Positions 9,953 through 20,333 are shown, counted from the whole stretch's first letter. The stretch is DNA of 60,452 nucleotides, filler included, from 3 parts of 3 records of this genome joined end to end with filler, not necessarily neighbours in it, one strand, 5' to 3'. The notes: generated by a model not told the origin, from the sequence alone. Program-made: numbers and translations.

Positions 9953-10007
9953 TACTTTTCCAACGGAGATAGGACTAACTTCATTCAAGGAATCCATAAA
10001 AACATGA

Positions 10008-10436
10008 ATGATGAAAAATAGTGTGCCTGTTTCAAAAATAATGACCAAAAAATTGGTGACACTTACCACCAATGACGATTTGGTGACCGCGGAAAAGTTA
10101 TTTAAAAAGCATCATATTCGGCATATTCCAGTTGTAGAAGGTAATGCCATAAAGGGTATATTGAGTTATACGGATTTGTTGCGGATTAGCTTTGCCGATG
10201 CGGTGGATGAACATGAGGAATATGTGGATACCATTGTGTACAACATGTTTACGATTCCACAGGTGATGGTCAATGATGTTGTCAGTGTAAACTCTGAAAC
10301 GTCTATCCGTGATGTGGCGCGCTTTCTTTCCAAAAAAGAGTTTCATGCGTTACCGGTTGTGGACAATGGTAAACTTGTTGGTATTGTGACCACTACGGAT
10401 TTAATCAATTATCTGTTGGAGTATATTGAAGTGTAA
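10008..10436 (+). CDS. CBS domain pair protein
   Basis: IRHIPVV...GILSYTDL and FHALPVVDNGKLVGIVTTTDL. Confidence 0.92.
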   Translation: MMKNSVPVSKIMTKKLVTLTTNDDLVTAEKLFKKHHIRHIPVVEGNAIKGILSYTDLLRISFADAVDEHEEYVDTIVYNMFTIPQVMVNDVVSVNSETSIRDVARFLSKKEFHALPVVDNGKLVGIVTTTDLINYLLEYIEV

Positions 10437-10451
10437 CTGTCCAAGAATAAG

Positions 10452-10479
10452 AAAGGACCGCCGATAAGGAGGTCCTTTT
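10452..10479. terminator. bidirectional intrinsic terminator
   Basis: AAAGGACC...GGTCCTTTT between convergent genes. Confidence 0.7.
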
Positions 10480-10506
10480 ATTGTTTTTAGAAGTTGCAAA
10501 TAGTAG

Positions 10507-12564
10507 CTATTCTTCTTCGCTACTCTCGTTTTCTTCTTCTTCGGATTCCTTGTTGAGCTTGTGTTCCAGAATATTGAGGTTTTTCATCTTTTCCTTCCAA
10601 GTTTGGAGTGCCTCTTTTTGTTTGTTCAGGTTGTTTATGACCTCCTTTACCAATGGATTGTCCTCCGAAGCGTTGGAGAAGAACTGGAGGTTGTTCTCCA
10701 ATTGACGGATTTCAGATTTGACCTCATCAATTTTACGCTTTACAAATACGCGCTCGTTGCCAATGGCATAGTTGTCCTCTGTTTTTGCCAACTCTTGGAC
10801 CTTGTTTCCGTATTTGAGCAGTTCGGATTGTTGTTTGCCAACTCCCAATTTCTTTAGCAGGGCGTCTACAATTTTATTGAACTTGCTATTGATGTGTTTT
10901 TTGTTGTAAGGAATGCGGCCATATTTTTTCCATTCGGCCAAAAAGGCTTTAATATCCTCTATATCTTTTTTCTTATCGCCACTTAGTTGGAATTCTTTTA
11001 GACGGTCGAGGCACTCACTTTTCTTTTTAAAGTTTTCAAACTCTTCTTGATGGGCCTCGTTCTTGTCCGAATGCAAACGGTCAAAATAATGGTTGCAGGC
11101 ATCCTTGAACTCTTTCCAGATTTTGTCTGAGTATTTACGGGGCACATGACCTATTTTTTTCCAGTCGCTCTGTATGCGCTTCATTTGAGGTGTTACCTCG
11201 GCCCACTCATCACTATCTTTTAAAGAGATGGCCAACTCCAACAGTTCTTTTTTCTTTTCCAGATTTTCCTGTTGTTCCTTCTTTTGGTTTTTGTAGAAGG
11301 CATTTTTGGTCCTGTTGAACTTACGAACGCTCTGTTTAAACTGGTCCCACGTCTCCTCGTTTACTCTTTGCGGAACTTTGCCTGCTTTAAAAAATGAATC
11401 CCTAAGCGCTTCAACTTCTTTTATCTGCTGTTGGATACCTCGGTGGTTGTTCGCAACATTCTCCGAAATCGAAGATATAGCAGCAATAATTTCCTGTTTT
11501 TTCTCGTAATTTTTTTCGTAGACCTTTTCCAGTTCTTGAAAGTGTTCCTGCCTGCGCTGGTGCATGGCCTTCGTGGCATTGCTGAACTTTTCCCAGATTT
11601 CCTCGCGATGCTCCTTGGCAACAGGTCCAATGTCCTCTTTCCAAATTTTGTGAAGCGTCTGTAGCTCGCGGAAGGCTTTGTTTAAATCAGGTTCGTTGGC
11701 CAATGCCTCGGCACGTTCCACCAATTTTTGTTTTTCTTCCAGATTGTGTTTAAAATCTAAATCACGCAATTCACGGTTCAAGTGAAGGAAATCGTAAAAG
11801 ATTTCCATGTGATGGTGATAAGTGCGCCAAACATCGTTGTAATTGGTACGTGGAATGGGACCGGCATTTTTCCACCGGTGCTGTAAATCTTTAAAGTTAT
11901 TATAGGTCGTGTTGATGTCTTCTTCAATATCAATAAGCCCTTTCAACTCTTCAATTATTTCCAATCTATTTTGAAGGTTGCTCTTTAGGGATTGATCTAG
12001 TTGCTTGTAATATTGGTCCCGTTTTTCACGGAAATCGGAATATACTTCGTTGAACTGCCTTTTGGCGACAGAGTTGTATCGAAAATCAATCTCGTTACCC
12101 CCTTTGGATACAAACTCCTCCTTCTTTTCATCTAAAAAATCCTGAAACTTTTGGTCAAACTCGTATTTAATGGCACTTACGTGCTTGTTGATGGCTTGGA
12201 CCTTTTCATTTTTGACCAATCTTTGTAATTCTCCTACCAGATTTTCCATGGACATGGAGTGGTAATCCAGCATGGGAATGGTATGCCTTTTTTCATTTTC
12301 GGTATCTTCCGCATCCTCTGCATTGGATTCATCTATTTCGTCCAAATGATCATTGGATTCATCGTTTTTGGCACTCGTTTCCTCATCCTTGGTTTCGGAA
12401 GAAGTTTCCTTTTCAGGTTGTTTTTCCTCTTCATTTTTAGGTGCAGTCTGCTCGGACACTTTTGCTTCGGCCTGTTCGGTCTCTTCCAAATGTGTTTTTG
12501 AACTCTCTGTTATTTCCTCTTTGCCACCTTCAGCTTGCTGAAGTTTACGATCATTTTCCTGCAT
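10507..12564 (-). CDS. DUF349 domain protein
   Basis: Acidic N-terminal extension, then repeated WK-x-(I/A)G-(P/H)-(V/I)-P...IW-x2-F helical units. Confidence 0.9.
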   Translation of the reverse strand: MQENDRKLQQAEGGKEEITESSKTHLEETEQAEAKVSEQTAPKNEEEKQPEKETSSETKDEETSAKNDESNDHLDEIDESNAEDAEDTENEKRHTIPMLDYHSMSMENLVGELQRLVKNEKVQAINKHVSAIKYEFDQKFQDFLDEKKEEFVSKGGNEIDFRYNSVAKRQFNEVYSDFREKRDQYYKQLDQSLKSNLQNRLEIIEELKGLIDIEEDINTTYNNFKDLQHRWKNAGPIPRTNYNDVWRTYHHHMEIFYDFLHLNRELRDLDFKHNLEEKQKLVERAEALANEPDLNKAFRELQTLHKIWKEDIGPVAKEHREEIWEKFSNATKAMHQRRQEHFQELEKVYEKNYEKKQEIIAAISSISENVANNHRGIQQQIKEVEALRDSFFKAGKVPQRVNEETWDQFKQSVRKFNRTKNAFYKNQKKEQQENLEKKKELLELAISLKDSDEWAEVTPQMKRIQSDWKKIGHVPRKYSDKIWKEFKDACNHYFDRLHSDKNEAHQEEFENFKKKSECLDRLKEFQLSGDKKKDIEDIKAFLAEWKKYGRIPYNKKHINSKFNKIVDALLKKLGVGKQQSELLKYGNKVQELAKTEDNYAIGNERVFVKRKIDEVKSEIRQLENNLQFFSNASEDNPLVKEVINNLNKQKEALQTWKEKMKNLNILEHKLNKESEEEENESSEEE

Positions 12565-12631
12565 TCGTTGCTTGTTTACCTAATTGATTGATGAAAGTTA
12601 TAGCCAATTTAACAACTTAATTGTCTAATAG

Positions 12632-12639
12632 CAAAAGTA
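12632..12639 (-). promoter_or_regulatory. Bacteroidota -7 element
   Basis: TACTTTTG on the minus strand upstream of the DUF349 gene. Confidence 0.5.
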
Positions 12640-12707
12640 TTGATTCTTCTTTTGCTTTAATATAATCGTTGTACATGTTGGTGGAATCGCTATATCAATA
12701 GCCGATT

Positions 12708-13460
12708 TTATACATTATTCCAGATTTCCCAAGCCTTTTCAGCTTGTCCTTTCAACATTTTTAGCCCATTGCAAATAGCGGCTCCATTGGATTCGCCCAT
12801 AGAAAGAAAACTTGTTTTTTCGGGATTGTAGATTAAGTCGTAAAGCAGGTGCTGCGTGCCGATGTGCTGGTAGGGAATTTCAGGTTTGTCCTCGACGTTG
12901 GGATGGGTTCCAAGGGGCGTGCAATTAATGATCAAGGTGTTTTTTTGAATAATACCCCTGTCCAGTTCTTCATAGGTATATTGCCCGCCTTTCTTGCTTC
13001 GCGAGACGTACGTATTGGATATTCCAAGTTCGTTGAGCACATATTGAACAGCTTTGGAGGCGCCTCCTGTTCCCAAAATCAATGCGCTTTTGTGATGAGG
13101 CTTTAAGTAGGGTTCCAGTGATTTTTGAAAACCGTGGGCATCCGTATTGAATCCCTTTAGCTTATTTCCTGAAAATTGAACGGTGTTAACGGCACCGATT
13201 TTCTCTGCTATGGAATCTAGCTCATCCAAAAAAGGAATAATTTCCTGCTTATATGGAATGGTGACATTGAGCCCTCGGATATTTTCCTGTTTAATTATAT
13301 CTTGGACTTCTTCAATTTTTTGAAGGTCAAAATTCTCGTAACTGTGGTCCTTTAGTCCTAAATCTTGGAACTTTTGGGTAAAATAACCTTGAGAAAAGGA
13401 GTAAGAGATGTTTTTACCGAGAAGGCCGTATCTGTTCATTCTTTTTTCTGTTTTTGCCAT
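12708..13460 (-). CDS. aroE: shikimate dehydrogenase
   Basis: GLNVTIPYK, GAVNT, NTD, GTGGAS and YDLIYNP motifs; alternative start 13439. Confidence 0.95.
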   Translation of the reverse strand: MAKTEKRMNRYGLLGKNISYSFSQGYFTQKFQDLGLKDHSYENFDLQKIEEVQDIIKQENIRGLNVTIPYKQEIIPFLDELDSIAEKIGAVNTVQFSGNKLKGFNTDAHGFQKSLEPYLKPHHKSALILGTGGASKAVQYVLNELGISNTYVSRSKKGGQYTYEELDRGIIQKNTLIINCTPLGTHPNVEDKPEIPYQHIGTQHLLYDLIYNPEKTSFLSMGESNGAAICNGLKMLKGQAEKAWEIWNNV

Positions 13461-14451
13461 ACCAATCCAAAATTAATAATACCAAAATCCCCATTAAAAT
13501 AAAAAGTATGGCCCACCATGTTTCAGCCTTCGCCATATCGGGGAAATAGCGGGTATAGTTTAGGATTATTTTATTTCCATTGGTATCCAAAATTGGATGA
13601 TTGGCCGGATCCAACTTGAATATGGTTTTTTTCCAAGGCCATAAAACACCTAAGGAACCAGTAATGAAACCTAGTAAAACAGCTGTAGTGGTGGATTTGT
13701 AATGTTTTAATAAATAGCTCAACAAATGTGAAAATGTGACCAAGCCAGTAATTGATCCTAAGGTAAAAACTGCCAGAATTTTTAGGGTTCTGAGACGTTC
13801 GGCATTATTTAAAAAAGTGAAATCACCTGAGAATACCTCTGAAAATGTATCGTACAGGGCATTGACGGAATCTACTAAAAGCAACACGTAATTCCCCATC
13901 AATATCAAAATAAAGGAACCGGAAAGGCCTGGAAGCGTCATTCCGGATACGCTCACGATACCGCAAAAAAAGATGAATAAAAGATTGTCATTTTCTTTTG
14001 CAGGGTTTAAAAAACTGATGGAAATACCAATAATAAGTCCAATGAGACCGGCAGGAATGGTGCGTTTGTTCCATGGGGAAAAGTCTTTTCCGATATGATA
14101 AATGGAACCGATGACCATGCCAAAAAACGTGGCCCAAACAAAAAGTTCGTTATGCTTTAAAAAGTAATCCAAAATTCGTGACACGCTAAAGTAGCTGACC
14201 AACATGCCGAAAATCAAAAGTCCCAGAAATTTAGCGTTGATATACCGGAAAAAACTCCTAAACCTTCCGTTGAAGAAAAGTTTTAGGGCCTTTGAGTTCA
14301 GTTTTTGAAGGGAATAGATAAATTCCTCGTAAAAACCGGCAACAAAAGCAACGATGCCACCGGAAACCCCTGGAACCTTGTTTGCAGCTCCCATACATAG
14401 GCCTTTGATGACCAAGAAGAAGTTGTCCAGATATGTTCTAGGTTGCTGCAT
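13414..14451 (-). CDS. DUF368 family membrane protein (putative undecaprenyl-phosphate translocase), variant motif
   Basis: KGLCMGAANKVPGVSGG and MTLPGLSGSFIL repeats; WPWK. Confidence 0.9.
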   Translation of the reverse strand: MQQPRTYLDNFFLVIKGLCMGAANKVPGVSGGIVAFVAGFYEEFIYSLQKLNSKALKLFFNGRFRSFFRYINAKFLGLLIFGMLVSYFSVSRILDYFLKHNELFVWATFFGMVIGSIYHIGKDFSPWNKRTIPAGLIGLIIGISISFLNPAKENDNLLFIFFCGIVSVSGMTLPGLSGSFILILMGNYVLLLVDSVNALYDTFSEVFSGDFTFLNNAERLRTLKILAVFTLGSITGLVTFSHLLSYLLKHYKSTTTAVLLGFITGSLGVLWPWKKTIFKLDPANHPILDTNGNKIILNYTRYFPDMAKAETWWAILFILMGILVLLILDWYGKNRKKNEQIRPSR

Positions 14452-14470
14452 GTGCCTATATAGGTTTTCC

Positions 14471-15388
14471 TTATTTTTTGGAAGCTAATCTTTCCAGGAT
14501 AAAAATAAGTGAAAAACCTAGGATGGCTAATACAATGGCGAGCATTAATTTGCTATCTCCCTCAAAAGCACCGGGGAGTACGTTCATATCGTCCACAACA
14601 ATAATCTTTTCGCCAAAAGTCTTGGTCTCCAGAACTTTTTTCCATGGCCAAATTTTGTTTAAAGAACCCAGAATGAACCCTGTCAACAATGCCAATGTGA
14701 TGTTTTTATAGTGGTTGAACATCCATTTGAGGAGTCGGGCAAAGCTCAACAGGCCGAAAATCGCACCCAGTCCGACGGTCAAGATAATTTTGATGTCGCG
14801 TTCGTGAACGGCGTCCAAAATGGTTTTGTAGGACCCTAACAGCACCAAGATAAAAGCTCCGGAAATACCAGGAAGAATCATGGCGCAAATGGCCAAAGCG
14901 CCTGATAGGAACAGATAGGGGAGGTTGTCGGTGTTATCGCTTGCGGGCAATTCGGTTATAAAAAATGCAAGGACAGCGCCCAGAATCAAAACAACAACTG
15001 AACCGATGGTCCATCTTTTGATTTCCTTGCCCACCAAAAATATGGAAGCTACTACCAATCCAAAGAAAAAGGACCAGAGAAGAATGGGTTCGTTCTCCAA
15101 GAGCCAGCTCAGGAACTTTGCCAAAGAGAGCACGCTGATGAAAATTCCTAGGAACAGGGCCAATAAAAAGTTGCCGTTTACCTTGTTCCAAACAGCCTTT
15201 ATCCCTTCTTTTCTTAAAATAGGAACTAGGGAAAGGTTGATGTTGTTGATGGAGGTGATAAGCTCTTCATAAATGCCCGAAATAAAGGCGATGGTACCTC
15301 CGGAGACACCCGGCACCACATCGGCAGCACCCATGGCCATTCCTTTAAGGGTTATGAATACGTATTGCAGTATACTACGTTCTTGCAT
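14471..15388 (-). CDS. DUF368 family membrane protein (putative undecaprenyl-phosphate translocase)
   Basis: KGMAMGAADVVPGVSGGTIA and AMILPGISGAFIL; WPWK. Confidence 0.92.
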   Translation of the reverse strand: MQERSILQYVFITLKGMAMGAADVVPGVSGGTIAFISGIYEELITSINNINLSLVPILRKEGIKAVWNKVNGNFLLALFLGIFISVLSLAKFLSWLLENEPILLWSFFFGLVVASIFLVGKEIKRWTIGSVVVLILGAVLAFFITELPASDNTDNLPYLFLSGALAICAMILPGISGAFILVLLGSYKTILDAVHERDIKIILTVGLGAIFGLLSFARLLKWMFNHYKNITLALLTGFILGSLNKIWPWKKVLETKTFGEKIIVVDDMNVLPGAFEGDSKLMLAIVLAILGFSLIFILERLASKK

Positions 15389-15410
15389 GGATTTGGATAA
15401 AATGTACCGG

Positions 15411-16811
15411 CTACTTAGCTGTTTTCCTAATTTTTGAAACCAGCGCTTTCACCCAATCTACTTCAGTGAATTCCGGGAATTCTTTTTCAAACTGTCGCAA
15501 TTTACCAATATCCAGTTTCATGGCCTTGGATAAAATCTGTTTTGATTCGGCCAAGTCATCATTTTTTAAATGTAAGCCCGCCAATTTATAGGTGAGTTCG
15601 CAATTGTCGGGGTAAAACTCCAATCCTTGGATCAGCACTTGGATGGCGGAATTATAATCTCCAATTTTGTTAAGGACCTCGCCCCAGTTTTTCCATGTGG
15701 AGAGTTCGTAGTTCCCTAGGTCCACAGCTTGCTTATAGGCAAAATCAGCTTCGTCCCAGTTTTTGAGGGCGGCATAGATCTTACCGGATTTTTTCCAATA
15801 CTTTGGGTTTTCACCATCAATATTTATGGCCTTGTTGATATAATACAGGGCTTTTTCATAATTTTTTTGTCCAAAATGAAAATCTGTAATGGCCAACCAA
15901 CCCTTGTCCAGCAAAGGGTCCTCATGAACGGTGTGATAGTAATAGTATTTTGCCAGATCGTAGTTCCCCAGTTTTTCATGACACTTTCCAAGTCGCAAGA
16001 ATGCGTAGGAGGTAGGATCTTCGATGGATATTGTGGATTCATAATTTTCGATGGCCTCATTGTACCTGCCCAATTTTTCCAAAACCTTGCCTTTTTCAAA
16101 ATAGGCCCCGATAAAGGAATCATCAGAAATCACGGCAAAATCAAAAGCGGTCAACGCTTCGATATACAATTGTTTTGCAAGGTACATTTTGCCCAGTTGA
16201 TGCCAAGCAACCTCACAATAGGGGTTTCTGTCCAAATAATCGTTCAGGTAATAGATGCTTCCATCAAAATCTTCCAAAAACTCAAAGCAGTACACCACGT
16301 TGTAAAGGGATGAATAGTCTTCGTCATCAATTTCCACACAGCGCATAAAGCTGAGCTTTGCTTGCTCATAATTATCCATGAACAGGTATTCCATGCCTAA
16401 AAGCGAGTGGATGTCAAAAGAGTGGTCCGTGATGTCCAAAGCCTCCAATAGTAAGTTGACTGCTTCTTGGTGCTTGTCTTGCTTGGAACGGATGTTCGCC
16501 CGTTGGATATAGACTTCCTCGTTGTCTGCGTTTATGTTCTGAATCTCGTCCAGAAGTGTTTCGGCAGCTTCAAATTTGTCCTCGAAAGCCAAGACCTCCA
16601 CTTGTAAAAGTTTCAATTCCATGGAATTTGGATGTTGCTCCAAACCAATCTGGATGGCTTTTTTGCCCAAGGAGATTTTACCGTTGTTCAGGTAGTGGTG
16701 AATGATTTCCTCAAAGTCCTCCGCATCAAAGAAATAGACGTCATCCGTCTTGAGCATGGACTCAAACTTACTAATGGATTTGTCTGGATATTCGTTAGAT
16801 TCTAACGCCAT
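15411..16811 (-). CDS. tetratricopeptide repeat protein
   Basis: Multiple 34-aa TPR units such as AWHQLG...ALTAFDFA and AYFEKGKVLEKLGRYNEA. Confidence 0.9.
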   Translation of the reverse strand: MALESNEYPDKSISKFESMLKTDDVYFFDAEDFEEIIHHYLNNGKISLGKKAIQIGLEQHPNSMELKLLQVEVLAFEDKFEAAETLLDEIQNINADNEEVYIQRANIRSKQDKHQEAVNLLLEALDITDHSFDIHSLLGMEYLFMDNYEQAKLSFMRCVEIDDEDYSSLYNVVYCFEFLEDFDGSIYYLNDYLDRNPYCEVAWHQLGKMYLAKQLYIEALTAFDFAVISDDSFIGAYFEKGKVLEKLGRYNEAIENYESTISIEDPTSYAFLRLGKCHEKLGNYDLAKYYYYHTVHEDPLLDKGWLAITDFHFGQKNYEKALYYINKAINIDGENPKYWKKSGKIYAALKNWDEADFAYKQAVDLGNYELSTWKNWGEVLNKIGDYNSAIQVLIQGLEFYPDNCELTYKLAGLHLKNDDLAESKQILSKAMKLDIGKLRQFEKEFPEFTEVDWVKALVSKIRKTAK

Positions 16812-16897
16812 AGGAACGTTTTTGGTTGAACTATGGACTTAAAATTAACCCTTTGAGCTACTCTTAAAGTCCATTTTAGGGGTATGTTATCAACAAA

Positions 16898-18094
16898 TTA
16901 GTTAACAGTATCGGATTTATAGTTGTTTAAAATCCCAAGGATTTGGTCGCATCCTTCCTCTATTTCTTTCATGGAAATGGTTAGGGGAGGGGAGATTCTC
17001 ACAGCTTTTGGCTCAAATAACAGCCAGAAAAGGATGAGTCCTTTTTTTGCGGCCTCGAGGACCAAATAGTCAGCTATTTCCTTGCTCTCCATAATCGGAG
17101 CGAGCATTAAACCTTTACCGCGTATTTCTTTTATTAGTGGATGTTGCAATAGTTTACGGAACAGTTTTTCCTTTTCCAGGGTTTGTGGGATAAGGTCTGT
17201 TTCGGTGATTTCTTTTAGGGTCGCCAAGCTTGCGGCTGCAATTACAGGATTGCCACCAAAAGTTGTGATGTGTCCAAATTTCGGGTTTTCTTTTAAATCG
17301 GCCATTAACTCGTGGGATGCCACAAAAGCTCCAACGGGAAGGCCCGATGCCATGCCTTTTCCAATGACCAAGATATCTGGCGGACAATCAAAGTGCTCAA
17401 AAGCGAACAATTTACCGGTACGGCCGAAGCCGGGCTGTATTTCGTCCAGAATCAACAATGCCCCCACTTCGTCGCAGCGTTTTCGTATTTTTTCCAGATA
17501 TCCATTTTCGGGCAAAATAAAGCCTGCACCACCTTGGATGGTTTCCAAGACCACAGCAGCAGTTTTTTCGGAGATGTTCTTAATTTCTTCTTCAGCATTG
17601 AACTGAATAAAACGAATATCGGGAATCAAAGGTCGAAAAGCACTTTTGCGTTCTTCCAGTCCCATAAGGCTTAAACTCCCCATGGTGTTGCCATGATAGG
17701 CATTTTTTGCGGAGATTACCTGAGAACGTCCAGTATGCCTTCGTGCCAATTTAATGGCTCCTTCCATGGCTTCCGTGCCCGAATTGACCAAATAGGTGGT
17801 ATTTAAGTTTTCGGGAAGATGGGAGGCCAATAGTTTGGAGAATTCCACGGCAGGTCGTTGAATATACTCGCCATAGACCATAACATGCATATACTGGTCC
17901 ACCTGTGTTTTGATGGCGTCCACTACCTTGGGGTGGCCGTGTCCCAAACTGCAAGCCGATACACCTGCCACAAAATCCAAATGGGCGTTCCCATCCACGT
18001 CGTAGATGTAGCTCCCCTTGGCGTGAGAAACCTCCAAGGCCAATGGATGTGGGGAGGTTTGGGCTTGGTATGTGAAAAAATCTTTTTTGGACAT
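16898..18094 (-). CDS. class III aminotransferase (ArgD/ornithine aminotransferase-like)
   Basis: NSGTEAMEGA, YHG, LILDEIQPGFGRTG and GKG motifs. Confidence 0.9.
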   Translation of the reverse strand: MSKKDFFTYQAQTSPHPLALEVSHAKGSYIYDVDGNAHLDFVAGVSACSLGHGHPKVVDAIKTQVDQYMHVMVYGEYIQRPAVEFSKLLASHLPENLNTTYLVNSGTEAMEGAIKLARRHTGRSQVISAKNAYHGNTMGSLSLMGLEERKSAFRPLIPDIRFIQFNAEEEIKNISEKTAAVVLETIQGGAGFILPENGYLEKIRKRCDEVGALLILDEIQPGFGRTGKLFAFEHFDCPPDILVIGKGMASGLPVGAFVASHELMADLKENPKFGHITTFGGNPVIAAASLATLKEITETDLIPQTLEKEKLFRKLLQHPLIKEIRGKGLMLAPIMESKEIADYLVLEAAKKGLILFWLLFEPKAVRISPPLTISMKEIEEGCDQILGILNNYKSDTVN

Positions 18095-19797
18095 TATGGT
18101 GTCTGCGCTTTCTTTTGAACAGCGGTTTTTTTGGGTTTTACCGCTTTGGTGTTGGGTGCGTTGATGGGGTCGTTCTGGTTGTTTTGTCGCTCGTTTTCCT
18201 CGGCATCAATATCTATAGGGTTGTCTATGCCCCTAATTTTTACCAGTTCGATATTGTTGTCGTCTTCATCAAAAATTTCTTCTTTTGACCTTATCCGTTC
18301 ATCGCCCCGCCAAACAAATCCTTTTAGTTTTCTGCTCTCTACGGGCAAATCGGTCTCAGGAAAGATATCTCCATCGGGATTTACAAAAAAGGTGATGTCC
18401 TCAATATCGTTGTTTGCCATGAGCAACCGTATTTTGCTACAAATGGTCTTATCGATTCCGATCAGCTCTTCGTCATCGTTGTAGACGTAGTAAATCACCT
18501 CGGTGTTTTGGACCAAATCAATGATTTTCAATTCATTTTCTATGAACTTGCCAAAGAGATTTTTACCCTTGGCCTGATTATACCCAGTTTTGCTAATGGT
18601 GTCCAAAGAAATAATGAATGCATTTTCTATGACTTTTAGGGAATCCAGTTTATCGGTTTCCATATCGGATATCAAATGGATGCTATCTCCGGTAATCTGG
18701 TTGTCCACGTTCCATAAAATAGGATTGGTAATCAATTGGGTGATTCCTGTTCTTTCCTCAAAATGGATGGAATCGCACTTGCCGCTCAAGTCGGTTTTAT
18801 AGAATTTGGCATTTCTGAAGGCCCTGAGAACACGTTCCTCTTCTTTGCCGGTAACCATTAAGGTGTCGCCATGCATGTAGAGCGAATCTTTTTCCACCAA
18901 GCTAATAGAGACCGCTCTTTTGGTAGCAAAAACAGAATCCTTGGCCTTGTGCACCTCTGCATAGTGAGCACGAATAACCCCATTATTGATGGTGTCCGTA
19001 ATCTGAATATTGTTCGTGGCCGAAGCAAATTCAGAAGCTTTGTCGAAATAAAGGCTGTCGCCCTCGATTATTTTATTGTCGTAATCGATACGGGTGTTCT
19101 TAATGCCATATCCTTGTTCGATAGTAGTGTCATAAAAACCCCGCTCGCAATAGATTTTGTACTCCTCTCCGGTAATAGTAGAAGGTCCGTACATGTAGGC
19201 GTTCTTGGAGGTGGTGTAATAGTCTAACTGCTCCGAATCAATAATGTAATCGGGATTGTCTATGTGTACGTTACGCTGGAACTGGTACTTTTTGGGCGTC
19301 ATAAAATAGGTGCCCACTTTGCTGGTAAGCACATTGGCCGAGTCTACCACTTTACCTCCGGAACGGTAATAGGCTTCTTGTTTTTCCCTATCAAAATAGA
19401 GGGTATCGGTGGTCAACCGCATTTGCCCGTTTGTGAGGTCCACTTTTTCCCATGCCTTGGCTAACTTAGTGTTTCCATCATAATCCATTTTTCCACTGTT
19501 CATTTCAATGGAGTCTCCTTGTTGCAAGCGAATGTTGCCAATGGCTTTCAAGCGGTTCTCTTCGGCATAAAAAATAGCAATATCGCACCAAAGGTCTGCA
19601 CCTTGGTGTTCAAACTGTACCTGTCGCTCATCGTCCTTGCTAAAAATGGATGCCCCTGGGAACTGAGCTTCGTCCTTGGTGAAATTGGCCCCATATACGA
19701 TGTTAATCTGTCGACCGCCTTGTGGTTGTTGGTCCTGGGCAAAAACGCTAAAAGCGAAAAGTGATAGAATGAGAAATGAAATGCTTTTCAAGTCCAT
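18094..19797 (-). CDS. OstA/LptA-like beta-jellyroll protein
   Basis: Repeated (G/T)D(S/T)LY(F/M) beta units; signal peptide from ATG 19797; TACTTTTG at 19809-19816 supports this start. Confidence 0.85.
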   Translation of the reverse strand: MDLKSISFLILSLFAFSVFAQDQQPQGGRQINIVYGANFTKDEAQFPGASIFSKDDERQVQFEHQGADLWCDIAIFYAEENRLKAIGNIRLQQGDSIEMNSGKMDYDGNTKLAKAWEKVDLTNGQMRLTTDTLYFDREKQEAYYRSGGKVVDSANVLTSKVGTYFMTPKKYQFQRNVHIDNPDYIIDSEQLDYYTTSKNAYMYGPSTITGEEYKIYCERGFYDTTIEQGYGIKNTRIDYDNKIIEGDSLYFDKASEFASATNNIQITDTINNGVIRAHYAEVHKAKDSVFATKRAVSISLVEKDSLYMHGDTLMVTGKEEERVLRAFRNAKFYKTDLSGKCDSIHFEERTGITQLITNPILWNVDNQITGDSIHLISDMETDKLDSLKVIENAFIISLDTISKTGYNQAKGKNLFGKFIENELKIIDLVQNTEVIYYVYNDDEELIGIDKTICSKIRLLMANNDIEDITFFVNPDGDIFPETDLPVESRKLKGFVWRGDERIRSKEEIFDEDDNNIELVKIRGIDNPIDIDAEENERQNNQNDPINAPNTKAVKPKKTAVQKKAQTP

Positions 19798-19892
19798 AAA
19801 ATTTTGCCCAAAAGTAGGGTTTTTAACGGAAGTGGCATGCATCGTTTAGAAAGCTTTGGGATTTCTCTGCCAAACGTTTACGGCGCTGTATT

Positions 19893-20333
19893 TTATTTTC
19901 CTCGTTTGAGAGTCAGGGTGATTTGTCCGCAATGGTAAGTTGTGTGATATAAAATATGCCCTAACAACCTGACCCTGGAAATGGGTCCGAAAAAAGGAGT
20001 GTCCAAGGTTTCTCTCCATTGGTCTTCAGAAAGATTTTCAACAAGGCCGTACAATACTTGGTAGCCGTCATCAATAAGTTGTTGACTTTCTTTCTTGTCG
20101 TAGACTTTCCCCGAGTCTGTTTGGCCCATGGTTGTGTTTTCAACATCTGTGGGAATCCCAAAAAATTGTGAGAGCAGATGTATTATTTCTCCAATATGAC
20201 GTTAAATGAATCCAACGGATGCGGTATCATCATTTAATTTTAGCACGCTGTTTTCTTGAGTGATCTCAACGAACGTATAATCACAGGTTTTTTTGTTCTG
20301 CGCGATTAAATCCTTAAGAATGTCTTTGGTCAT
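19893..20333 (-). pseudogene. DinB-family protein interrupted by an in-frame TAA
   Basis: ATG 20333 gives MTKDILKDL...TASVGFI*RHIGE..., with the stop at 20202-20204. The same frame continues to ...HILYHTTYHCGQI. Confidence 0.85.

Noticed and set aside
16833-16875. Inverted repeat ATGGACTT...AAGTCCAT upstream of the TPR gene
   Set aside because: Only 8-bp arms with a long spacer; no second instance or other support
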